Assembly (NCBI GenBank): GCA_013416795.1
Contig: RQSC01000750.1
Location: 126,946-181,707, forward strand
DNA from: Prasinococcaceae sp. CCMP 1430
Taxonomy: Eukaryota; Plantae; Prasinodermophyta
DNA: 54,762 nucleotides
Direction: 5' to 3'
Position numbers and translations under genes: made by a program
Shown here: positions 45,168 through 54,762 of the stretch, in pieces
Position numbering within the stretch: the stretch's first letter is position 1
Layout: the number at the start of each line of letters is the position of its first letter
The notes under the pieces: model-generated
Seen by the model: only the letters and a program-made list of their open reading frames with translations
What the model was told of the DNA's origin: nothing
Databases searched by the model: none

Positions 45168-46211
45168 TTACAGGGGGGACAGCAACAGCTGCTTGTCGAG
45201 CTGTATCCCAAAAACGTACAGCAATCCAGACGCCTGTTGGTACGACAGCTTGCCGTACGAGCCAGTGATGCGGAACACGAGCGTGCGAGCATTGCTGACG
45301 TTTCCAGCGCCCATGCCCGAGGGGGTCTGGCGAGAGCTCTTGACGCTGCTCTCGCCGCGGCAGGCGAGGTCGTCGATATCGCACGCGGGTGCATCCTCCT
45401 CGTTCGAAACGTCGTACGTGGCGCTGTGGATGCAGTATCCCATGGCGGTGAGCGTGGCGGCCGATTCGAGGAGCAGTTCTGGCTTGCGGTTCTCGTCCTG
45501 GCACGGCGGTGGTGAGCGAGGCGCGCAGCAGGGCCCGCAGGTCAGAGGCGACGCTTCGGTGGTCACTCGCGCGTAGCCTCCCTCTCGACCACAGCGCGCG
45601 CGCGGGCACAGGTGTCCTCTCGCGCGCCGCGCCCGCACCTGGATCTTGACGAGCGTGAACTCCGGATGCTCCTCGTTGCAAATGCCGACGTTGTTCTGCC
45701 TCCAAGTGTCCATGTGCAAGTCGGCGACGCTGGGCGCGCAGTTGGTGCAGTGCTCCTGCATGTTGAGTTCGAGCAGGTGCAAATCCTCCACCTGCTGGCC
45801 GCGCGCGTCGGTCAGGAAGTAGCGGTTGCGCGCCAGCTTCACGCCGGTCCCGTCGTCGGCGTCAATGGTCTCCAGAAAGGCGCGTTCCACGCGCAGGCCC
45901 AGGCCGTTCAGCACCCTGTTCGCGCCGCACGCGTGCCCGTTCGCGCGGGTCAGCCCTTGCGCCACCGCGCCACGCAGGCCAGCCGCCGCCGCGCAGGCCA
46001 GCCGCGCGGGCAGACGCAGACGCACCATGCGCTCACGCGCACGAGCCCCGGGTAGTCCTTCACCGTGACGTCAAGCACGGTGTAGTCAGCGTCCTCGTCG
46101 TTGCTCGCCGTCACGAAGGCGATGTCGCACGCCTCGTACGCCTTCTCGTCGGCGATGGGCGGCGAGTCCGCCACCGCCGCGGCGCACCGCCGGCGGGTGC
46201 GCGCGCGCGCG
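45168..46211 (-). CDS. ACT-domain (ACR-like) protein, probably plastid-targeted; exons (>46211)-46026, 45915-45639, 45497-45168
   Basis: Splicing gives TVLDVTVKDYPGLVRVSAWVLNGLGLRVERA and TLVKIQDENRKPELLLESAATLTAMGYCIHSA, two ACT-like units. Both introns are GT..AG and phase-consistent. Confidence 0.62.
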
Positions 46212-46557
46212 NGGCCGCGGGAGAGGGCGGGGCGGCGGGGGAAGGAGGGGGGGGGAGGGGGCAGCGTGGGCGCGGCGCCACGCGCGCTGTGGCGCCACGA
46301 GCACGCGCCAGCCGGCGGCGGCGCAGTGGGCAAAGATCTTCTCTTTTTCATTTCCGAGCGTTTACATTCACAGATTTCTGAACAAAAACAAAACACGTAT
46401 AATGCTAATTTCGTATCTGAATTACCGTCATTTGAAGGGTGACCGCGGCCGGCGGCGGCGGGCGCGTCGGCAGCGCGGTCGGCTTTGGGTTGAATTTTTA
46501 GGGTTTATTTTGGTCATCGTGGCAGGGTTTATTTTGCAGGCGTTCGCGTTCGAACGC

Positions 46558-46589
<32 letters not shown>

Positions 46590-46618
46590 TAGCGGCGCCC
46601 CACAGCGCGCGCTGCCGC

Positions 46619-46703
46619 GCCTCGCGCCTCGCGCCTGTGGCCTCGCGGCCTCGTCGCCTCGTGCCTCGCGGCCTCGTCGCCTCGTCGCCTCGCGGCCTCG
46701 CGG
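46619..46703. repeat. Degenerate 7-8 bp minisatellite (GCCTCG core, about 11 copies) just 5' of the MRNIP ATG
   Basis: Read directly. Confidence 0.8.
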
Positions 46704-46729
46704 CATCGGCCGACCGCCCGGCGCGAGCG

Positions 46730-47653
46730 ATGGTGCAGGAGTTCTGGGCGGTGCGCTGCGGCCCCTGCGGCGCCTACCAGGTCACGCAGAAGAAGAAGTC
46801 GATGAAGCTCGCGTGCGTGGCGTGCGGCGAGAGGCGCACCATCCGGTCTGTGCTCATGGCGTCGAACGACGCGAGGGACTGCCGAGCGTTCGTGCAGGCG
46901 CGCAGCGCGGAGGCGGGGAGGGCGCAGGAGCTGGCCGCTGCTCGGGGGGGCACAAGAGGAGCTGGCGGCTTCGGCAACAGCGACGGCGACTACGAAGACG
47001 GCGACTGCGGCGACTACGACGACTACGACGCATTTGCCGGCGCAGGCCACCCCGCGGGCTCCGATGAGCTCGCCCCGCAGGCCCGCACGCTTGCCGACCT
47101 GGAGGCTGAGGCCGAACAAGAGGCTGCGGACGAAGGGCGCCGCGCGGGGAGGGGGCAACCCGATCCTGGCGCGGCGGACGGCAGCAGCGGCGACGCCAGC
47201 GGCGACCCACGGCGCGGGCGTTGGCAAAGGACTGTGGGCACGAAGGGCACCTGGAGCGCCTTCCTCGGCAGCGACGACGAGGAGGCGGGCGGCAGCGGTG
47301 GCGGGAGTGCCGCCGAACTAATACCCAGTGGCACGCGGCCTCGGCCGCCCCTGGGGCCGCCGACGGAATCTCCTCCGCTGCAGCAGCAGCAGCAGCAGCA
47401 GCCGAGCGAGCAGCAGCAGCAGCAGCAGCGCATTGTGCCTGCGTGTGGTCAGCAGCGACCCGCCAAGGGCGCCAGGCGCGACGGCGGGTGGAGCGACAGG
47501 TGGGGCGCGTGGGCGCAGGCTGCGCCTCCGGCGCAACCGGCAGCCGCGCCTGCGATCTGCAAGGAGAACCAGCAGGCACGAGCCAATCGCCAGGGTGAGG
47601 GCAGCGCAAGCGCGGGCGACGGCGACTTCTGGGCCGACCTACTCGACGGCTAG
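46730..47653 (+). CDS. MRNIP: MRN complex-interacting protein
   Basis: N-terminus MVQEFWAVRCGPCGAYQVTQKKKSMKLACVACGE...S....DCR.FVQ matches the MRNIP zinc-ribbon; disordered C-terminus. Confidence 0.82.
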   Translation: MVQEFWAVRCGPCGAYQVTQKKKSMKLACVACGERRTIRSVLMASNDARDCRAFVQARSAEAGRAQELAAARGGTRGAGGFGNSDGDYEDGDCGDYDDYDAFAGAGHPAGSDELAPQARTLADLEAEAEQEAADEGRRAGRGQPDPGAADGSSGDASGDPRRGRWQRTVGTKGTWSAFLGSDDEEAGGSGGGSAAELIPSGTRPRPPLGPPTESPPLQQQQQQQPSEQQQQQQRIVPACGQQRPAKGARRDGGWSDRWGAWAQAAPPAQPAAAPAICKENQQARANRQGEGSASAGDGDFWADLLDG

Positions 47654-47748
47654 AGCTGGAGCCCGGAGGCGGGTGACGGGAGCGTGAGGCGTCGGCACTG
47701 TCTGCAGGAGCTCGGTCGCGTGCGAGAGAAGTGTTGCTGGCCTGTGAT

Positions 47749-49067
47749 TTACTGCAGGCCCTTGAGCGCGCCCTTGACGGCGGTCTTCTGCGCTTCGGTC
47801 AGCTCTTGGGTGGGAAAGCGCACGTCGAATGTGATGAGCAGGTTGCCCTTCGCTGGCCCGCCCTTGATGGGCATGCCCTCGCCGCCCACTGTCACGGTGT
47901 CACCGGGCCTGAGCACACCCTCGACTGGCACGCGGATGTCGCGGCCGTCGAGCGATTTGAGCGAGACTGTGAAGCCGCAGAGCGCCTGGCTCAGCGTGCA
48001 CGTCATGGCCACGCATAAATCGTCGCCCTTTCGCGTGAAGTGCCCGTGGGGAGCCTCCGCCACCACGAACTGCACGTCGGCGCCACGCTCGCCCTTTCCC
48101 TCAAAGGTGATCTTTGTGCCGGCCTTCCAGCCGGGCTTGACCTCGATCTCCATCGGCTCGGACGGCTTTCCGTCGGAGCGATGGAGCTTGAACTTCTTCG
48201 TCGTGCCCCTGTAGAGCTCATCCAACGTACACTTGAGTTCCACTGTCTGCGGCCGCGGGCGGCGCAGGTTATACGGCGCCGACCTGGAGCGCGCGAAGCC
48301 GCCTAGGCCGTCAGGGCCCGTGTCCATGCCGCTGAAGCCTCCCATCGAAGAGGCGGCGTGACCGAACGGAGAAGCGCGCCCGCCCATGCCGCCCATGTCG
48401 GCCGCGCCGCCGCCGCCAAAAAACATCTTGAAGATGCGCTCAGCGTCGTCGCCGCCGAAGGAGTACTGCATTCCAGGGCCGCCGCCCGCGAAGGTGCCGC
48501 CGCCACTCGGCGCGAAGCCCGACGCGGCGAAGCCTGGCCCGGGCGGCGCACCAGCTGCGCCCGGCGGTGGGGCGCCGCCCTTCAGCCCCTCCTCGCCGTA
48601 CGCGTCGTACACCTGCCGCTTGGTCTCGTCGCTGAGCACGTCGTACGCCTCGGATATCTCCTTGAACTTTTCTTCATTGCCGGTCTTCTTGCGATCGGGG
48701 TGGTAGAGCATCGCCTTCTTCTTGTACGCCTTCTTCAGCTCATCATCCTGCGCGACGTACGACGGCAAAACGCAGGAAGCGCGGTGGTTCCAGCCCCGGC
48801 CGTTAGCGAGTGCGCGGAGAGACTGCTTCGAGAGGCGGGCTGCTGGCGGCAGTCCGGTCGCACCGGCAGGCGCACACGAACCTTCACATCCCGAGAGACG
48901 CCCAAGATGGCGTAGTAGTCTCTGCCCTTCGCGTTCCACAGTAATCCACACATCACGACCGACGCCAGCGACGCCAGCGAGGAGGGCGCGCACAAGTCAG
49001 AGAGAGGGCGCGGCCTGAGTCAAGGCGTCACGCCCCCTGCGCCGGCGGCGCGGCGCGCACGCACCAT
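47749..49067 (-). CDS. DNAJB: Class B J-domain protein (DNAJB/Sis1-type); exons 49067-49065, 48926-48882, 48747-47749; 348 aa
   Basis: [14 protein letters not shown]|[18 protein letters not shown]-rich region, [27 protein letters not shown]. Splice model restores standard J-domain spacing. Confidence 0.9.
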
Positions 49068-49735
49068 GCCCACCCCTCCTCCGAGGCACCCCAACCCGCA
49101 CCGCCCCACCCGCTCGGTCGGTCGGTCTCCCCTGAGCCACGCAGTCAGTCCGCTCGGCCCGAGTCTGTACTGCACGCCACGGTCGTGGCGCGCGCGCGCG
49201 CTGTGGCGCCCCGCTGCTCTCAGTCCCGCGTAAAACTCGGCCCTGCTGCGGCCACAAAAACCTTGCCCCCAAAAAAGAAAAAGAATTCACCGAAAATAAA
49301 AAGTGGTATCGTTGAGTGGGAACCGGGTGCCGCGGCTCGCACTCGTTTTTGGGGGTCGACGGACCGTTTTCCGAGTTCAAAAATGATTCATTACAAACCG
49401 CGGATTGGAATTCGTGGGGGGTCCCCGCGGTTCCCCGGCGCGCCCCGCGGCCGAATTCGAGTCTCTGACCGCGCGCGCGCGAGCGTGGTGGTGGTGGTGT
49501 GGGGTGGGGTGGGGTGGGTGGGGGTGGGGTCACAGTGCGCCCGGCTGTGCGCGGGGTGCCCTGGGCGTCCCCACGCCCTGCGGACCTGCCGCCTCGAAGC
49601 TCGCACGCGCGAGCGCGAGGCCCGCCCCCGCCCGCGCGGCCCAGGGGGCGGCGACGGGCGCTGCTGCGAGGCGGGCGACGTTGGGAGCGGGGGCATTGGG
49701 GGGGATGGGTGCGGGCTGTGGGCGCGGGCGCGCAC

Positions 49736-50175
49736 CTGGAGCACGGCGTTGGGCCGGATGCCGGCCTCCTCGAGCGCGGACGCCTGGTCGCTCGAGCGGG
49801 GGTACCCGTCGAGCAGCCAGCCCGCCTCGCAGTCGGGCTGCGCGAGCCTGTCGACGATCATGTCGACGATGATCTCATTGGGTACGAGCTGGCCGGCGTC
49901 CATGCACTTCTTGGCTTCGGCGCCGGCGGGGGTGCCCTCGGCGACGGCCGCGCGCAGCAGGTCGCCGGCCGAGATGTGGGTGAGGCCGTACTTGGCGGAG
50001 ATGAGCTCGCACTGCGTGCCCTTGCCCGACGCGGGCGCGCCCGAGATGATCACCTGCAGCCTGGCGCGCGCGGCTGCGCGCCGCGCGGCGGCGGGGGCGA
50101 AGGAGGAGGGGCGAGCGAGGCTGGGCAAGCCAGCTCGGGGAACGGGCGGAGGAGAAGAGCGCCGATCGACCTCAT
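49736..50175 (-). pseudogene. ADK: Adenylate kinase (plastid-type), N-terminal half only; C-terminal exons not found
   Basis: IISGAPASGKGTQCE..HISAGDLLRA..GQLVP.E...GWLLDGYPRS..QA..L, then a GTGCGC donor at 49735. No LID or C-terminal exon in any frame before the DNAJB promoter island. Could be a true fragment or a misassembly. Confidence 0.6.
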
Positions 50176-50185
50176 CGCTGCGCCG

Positions 50186-52969
50186 ATGGAGGCTGCGGAC
50201 GGCGCTGGCGGTGCGGGCGGCGGGAACTCGCCCGCCAATGGTGGGCCCGCGGCCGCGGAGGCTTCGGCTGACGCGGCTGATGCGCCTCATGCGGGTAAGG
50301 CGGGCTCCGCCGAACAGGTGCTGGCGCGCGCGCCCGTCTCGGCAGCATTTGCGTACGGCACAGGCGGCACGCACGAGGAGCACGCTGAGGTGGACGACGA
50401 CTCGGACGCAGAGGAACTCGAAGCGCTGCTGGCGGAGGAGGATGCGCGGGTCGTGAGGGAGCGCGCGCGCGCTGGCGAGGGCGGCAGCGTGCTTACGGCC
50501 CCTTTCGCCCAACGCGGCGACGGGACCCGCACACGGCAAGAGCGCATCGTACTGCGCACCATCGAGCTGTCGCATGGCACCTCGTACGACAACGCAGAGC
50601 TGGAAGCTGAGGTGGACGCGGCGCTCGAAGGCCTCGTGCGGCGGACGGAGGCCACAGGCAGCGCGAGCGGCGGAACGAGCCCGACCCGCGCTGGCACAGG
50701 TGCTGGATCGTCGCGCGGCGTCTCCGTCGACGTGGGTGTTGATGGCGCGCTGGATGCGCTGGTGGATGAGCTCGCCGTCGATCACGTCGAGGCTGTCCAC
50801 TCCGTCGCTGATCAGAGCGCGGCCGTCGTCGAAGTCGCGGGCGAGCCCGACGAGCTCGAGCGCATCGAGGAAAGCGAGCAGGCTGTCGACGTGTTCCTTC
50901 GAGGCGAAGGCGAATCATCAGGCGAGGCTTGCTCGAGCCCGATGCACGACGATGCCTACGCAGCAGGCGCGTCGAGCTGCGAGGAAAGTGCTGAAGCGGA
51001 AGCAGATGCTCAAACTAGTGCGGGGGATCACGTGGCAGTCCAAGAGCTATGGCCATCCAGCGAAGGGGCGCGCGCGGAGCTCGAATCGAAAGCAATTCAA
51101 GTTGACACGATGGGGGTTGACGTCAGCGATTACTCCAGGTGAGCAACACACGCACTGGCATGGGCGGCTGCGCGCGCGGTCGCGAGAGTGCGAATGCCCG
51201 AACATGCCTTTGAGTGTTCTGACGCAAGCTGTACGCGGACGGTCGCCGGCAGCTCCTCCCTGTCGACGCCCACGAGCGTCGACACTGAGCGCACGCGAAA
51301 GACCGAGGCCGCGCCTGAGCGCGTCGTGGTGACCGTCGCCTCCACGGAGGAGGCACTCCTAGGTGCTCTGCGTGCCTCGTCTATCGCGAGGCAGCGGCAG
51401 GAAACAGCCGACTGGGAGGCGTTTCGAGGTGCACTCAGTGCCGCGGAGCGACGCGTAGAGGCCGCGAAGGCCGCCGTCGAGGAAGAGCGTGCGCGAGCCA
51501 AACGCGAAGCGGGCGCAGCTGACAGCGAGCGCACCCAACTGCTTGAGAAGCTCGCGGCCGCCGTGGCAAGGGCTGACGCCGCAGAGCGCCGCGTGACTGA
51601 GCTCGAGCGCGAGCGCCACGCGTGGGAGGACCAGCGCACGCGCCTTCAGGCCGAGCTGCGAGCGTCTGCGTACAACGTAGCCACTGCCATGACGCCTGCA
51701 GGTGGGGTTGGTGCGCACGAGGCGCGCGTGCAGCGACTTGAGGACCGAATATATGCACAGCCGCATGCCCTGCCGCCTCCCTGGATCATTCACTTCGGCG
51801 ATGTGCGCCCGGCGACTGCGCCGGGAACCTCGCCGCCTTCGTCCTCGCACGAGCACGCGCACGCACGCTCCGGCATGGGGGCCCAGGGCGGCGCCAATGC
51901 GCCCGACCACAGCTTGCCAATGCCCGAGGCTCCGCCGCCCGCGCAATACCGCCCGGCAACCGCGGGAGGATACACCTATGCTTTTCGCCCCGACTACGGA
52001 CGCTGGGATGGATTGCTGTCCTCGCGCTCGGCCCTGTCTGGCGCGGCAGCTGGCCGCTTCTGGCCGTCGACGCACAGCGCGCAAATGGAGGAGCTCGAGG
52101 CCCGAGCCATGAGGCGATCGCGGGCGCGACGATCAGCGCGCGAGCTTGCCGCCAGTGCGGCCGCTCAGGAGGCGCGCGCGCGAGCGGTAGCCAGCGCAGC
52201 CGCCGCTGCACGTGCAGAGGCACTCGGCGCCGTCGGCGCCCCGTACAGAGCCAAGGGGGATGGCGAGGAGGTCAAAGGCGCCGAGGCTGACGAAGCGGAG
52301 CGCATGGCGGGGGCAACCGCTGCGGAGGCCGCATGGCAGCGGCGCGAAGCTGTCGAGGCACAGGCGCGTGTACGTGTCGAAGTGCGCGCATGCTCTCAGG
52401 AAGACGAGGAGCGTGCACGTGCCAAGCTGGCGGCGCAGATTGAGCGCGAGAACGCACACTTCGTGCCCAAACGCGGCGCATTTCGCGGTTGGAAAGTGCA
52501 ACAGCGAGAGGACAGGTGCGTGGCGGCGCGCGAGCTTTCAGTGCGCGGCCACTCGCCATCCTGTGCGAGTAGCCCGTTGCAACCCACCGACTGACGCGAC
52601 GCCTCCCACACAACCCCATCCCCGGCCCCCGCAAACACACACACACGCACGCACCACCGCTCGCCTTGCCTGCCTCCTCCTTTCCCCCCCTTTTGAAAAC
52701 GACCGCCCAACAGGAGAGCGTATGACGGTCGCCTTGCTGCGGTCCCATCGCTCAAGAGGGCGCTCGCGCCAGATGCTCGCACAACGGAGCGCGCGCATGG
52801 TGGCGATGAGCGCGGCCTCAGCTCGTATGAGCGCGAGCTGGAGGGCATCCGCATGCAGTACCATGCGCAGAAGCTCGAGATGGGTCGCCGGCAGCGCGAG
52901 GCCGCATTGCAGCAACCACCAGTGCAGCAACTGCTCCACCTTCAGCCGCAGGCACAGCAGGCGCAATGA
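50186..52969 (+). CDS. Hypothetical acidic/coiled-coil protein; exons 50186-51138, 51229-52515, 52714-52969; 831 aa
   Basis: Two phase-2 introns (GTGAGC..TTCTGAC..AAG; GTGCGT..pyrimidine tract..CAG) join three open frames totalling 2496 nt. No family recognised. Confidence 0.65.
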
Positions 52970-53192
52970 CGGCACGATGAGCGCCCGCGCCACGATCAAC
53001 GCGATTCCCCGACATCGTAAGGTACACACGGTATGCTCTCTACTCACGCATTTTGGCGTGCGTGTGTACAGTGCGTGTGCTCGACTGTCGGGCACGCTCA
53101 TCGTCAACGAGGCAGAGGCTGCCTCAGAATACAGTAAAGGCGTTCGCGCGCACGCGCACGCGCGCGCATGCTTGGGCAGTGGGCACCCATTA

Positions 53193-54024
53193 TCACATCT
53201 TGATGCATGTCACCTTGGGCTCTGCCGACGGCGGCGGGTCATCCCATCCCCCGCCGTACAGGTGGTACACCTGCTCGTAGACGTCGGTCAGCAACACGGT
53301 CGAGTAAGTTCCTGCCCTGCCCCGGAGGAGCCTATGAGCGCAAACACGCGCGTGAGGGGGCAAGGGAGGGAAGCGGAGAGGAGGGCGATCGAAGGCCGCG
53401 GCGAGATGTCAGCACCGTCGGAGCGCGACGCACACGCTCGGGGCGCGCGCCCGAGCGCGCACGGCCGCCGGCGCACGCACCACCGCGCCGGCGACTCCTC
53501 GCACATGCACAGGAAGGGGCTGATACAAAACAGCGCTGAAAGACCGAGGGGATCAAAGTAGCACGTATGGATGCACGTGTCCGAGCAGCACTTGTGGTTG
53601 TATGTGCAGCCGCAGCGGCTGCCGCAGCAGTACACCTGTGCGCACGCGTGCCGCGGGCCGCCCGCCCGCCCGCGCGCCCCGCGCGTGCGCGTGTGAGCCT
53701 CGACGCTCGCCCGCACGCGCACACACGCACGCGCGCGCATTCTCGCGCACGCGCGCACACGGCGTCCAACGCGCGTTCGCGAGCGCGCGGAGAGGGGAGC
53801 AGGGCGAGCGCACGCACGCGCGCGCGCGCACGCACCTTGTGGCAGCCCAGCGGCGCGGTAGGGTTGCCGGCGGCCGATGCCTCCGACGCGTACCGCACAG
53901 CCTCGCCGAAGCTCGGCCCCTTGCGGCCCGCGGCGAGCGCTGCGCGGTGCGGCGACTCGCCCGCCTTGCCCATGCCCTGCGCCACCGGCGCGTGCAGCAT
54001 CGCGTTCGAGTCGGTTCTGCCCAT
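53193..54024 (-). CDS. Small Cys-rich protein; exons 54024-53836, 53635-53481, 53331-53193; 160 aa
   Basis: Two GTGCGT donors with CAG/TAG acceptors give a continuous 483-nt frame containing 13 Cys. An AT-rich promoter-like island lies upstream at about 54310-54450. Confidence 0.72.
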
Positions 54025-54655
54025 GCCCTCCCGCAACGGCAGGGCGCTCCCGTGCGCGTGCGCGGCGCGCGGGGCGGTCCCTGTGGCCGCGTGCGCGCGT
54101 GCATGCGCCGGCGGGCAGGTACACACACGCACACACACACACAAGGTCGAGCCACCTTGTACACACACGCGCACACACGCGCGCACACACGCACCCCCCG
54201 CAAGGCCCACTTACGTCTACGTGCGGCACCCGACGCGCGCGTGCGCGGCGCGCGCTCCAGCGCTCCCCGCCTGCGTTTCGATGGCCGGGTGGGGCGTTCC
54301 CCCGCCCGCATGCGTTTTGATATGCGCTCTCCCTTCGAGGAGGGGCCGAGTTTGGGTATGAGCGATCAAACCTTAACCTCGAATCGGGGCGAAGGGCGTC
54401 GAGGTACACACGTAAAATGACCTTCATGTGCAATTTCGCGCGGACCCCGAAATCGGCGCGCAGCCGCCGCCGCGAGCGGCGGCTGGGCTGCTGCGCGCGG
54501 GCACAGGGGTGTGTGTGTGGGGGGGGGGGGACCGCGCGGCGGCGCGTGTGCGCGGGGGTGGCGTGTGTGGGCGGGCATGTATGTGTGGGCATGAGCGTGT
54601 GCGGGCGGGCGGGCGCGCGCCCGAGTGTGTGTGTGTGTGCGTGTGCGTGTGTCGC

Positions 54656-54762
54656 TCAGCCCGCGTCCTCGAAGCGCACTATCCGATCCTCGCCGGGGAA
54701 GCCATCGACGAGGTGCACCGTGTCCGCTCCAGGCTCGTCGAGCAGCTCCCTGACGAAGCCAA
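54656..54762 (-). CDS. 3' end of a gene running in from the right edge (…GFVRELLDEPGADTVHLVDGFPGEDRIVRFEDAG*)
   Basis: 34 GC3-rich codons ending in TGA, followed by CA-repeat sequence. Faint resemblance to the NMP-kinase DGFP motif. Confidence 0.45.
   Translation of the reverse strand, partial: GFVRELLDEPGADTVHLVDGFPGEDRIVRFEDAG

Noticed and set aside
49499-50185. N-terminal part of + ORF 49499-51142
   Set aside because: It is the antisense of the ADK exon plus a GGGGT repeat; credible coding starts at ATG 50186.
53190-53195. TGA-TAA at the end of the Cys-rich gene as a possible C-terminal selenocysteine
   Set aside because: The only downstream ATGA-led hairpin lacks the apical AA and the closing GA of a SECIS; treated as tandem stops.
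54656-54762. Assigning the right-edge fragment as a UMP-CMP or adenylate kinase
   Set aside because: Only 34 residues are visible, the key Arg of DGFPR is Gly, and a stop follows too early.

Overview
Eukaryotic nuclear DNA: very GC-rich (roughly 70% by eye, not computed), gene-dense, with short spliceosomal introns whose donors are mostly GTGCGT/GTGCGC. Plant-type MAPK, RabGDI, NSI/GNAT2 and At4g31530-like proteins, together with SEPSECS and flagellar genes, point to an early-diverging (prasinophyte-grade) green alga; this is inference. About 26 protein-coding loci are supported: MAPK, INCENP, a non-GCN2 eIF2-alpha kinase, ABCF2/ARB1, RPF2, TIM44, a BesD/HalD-like 2OG-Fe(II) oxygenase, WDR34, a mid-SUN protein, a PWWP protein, a Rossmann-fold protein, RabGDI, NSI, PKA-C/PRKX-like, SEPSECS, ARMC2, PSD, CPSF1, an Smr protein, an ACT protein, MRNIP, DNAJB, an adenylate kinase fragment, an unknown 831-aa protein, a hidden 160-aa Cys-rich protein and a partial gene at the right edge. 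Genes alternate strands almost perfectly, with AT-rich islands between most head-to-head pairs. I see no rRNA, tRNA, CRISPR array or intact transposon. The window contains N-gaps and long homopolymers, so some 5' ends are unresolved. No complete new multi-gene system is evident. Best leads: an INCENP carrying extra UBA-like and SAP-like domains behind a cluster of MSA (AACGG) elements, an HRI-like eIF2-alpha kinase, an HxD-type BesD-like oxygenase, and a spliced Cys-rich gene missed by the ORF track.
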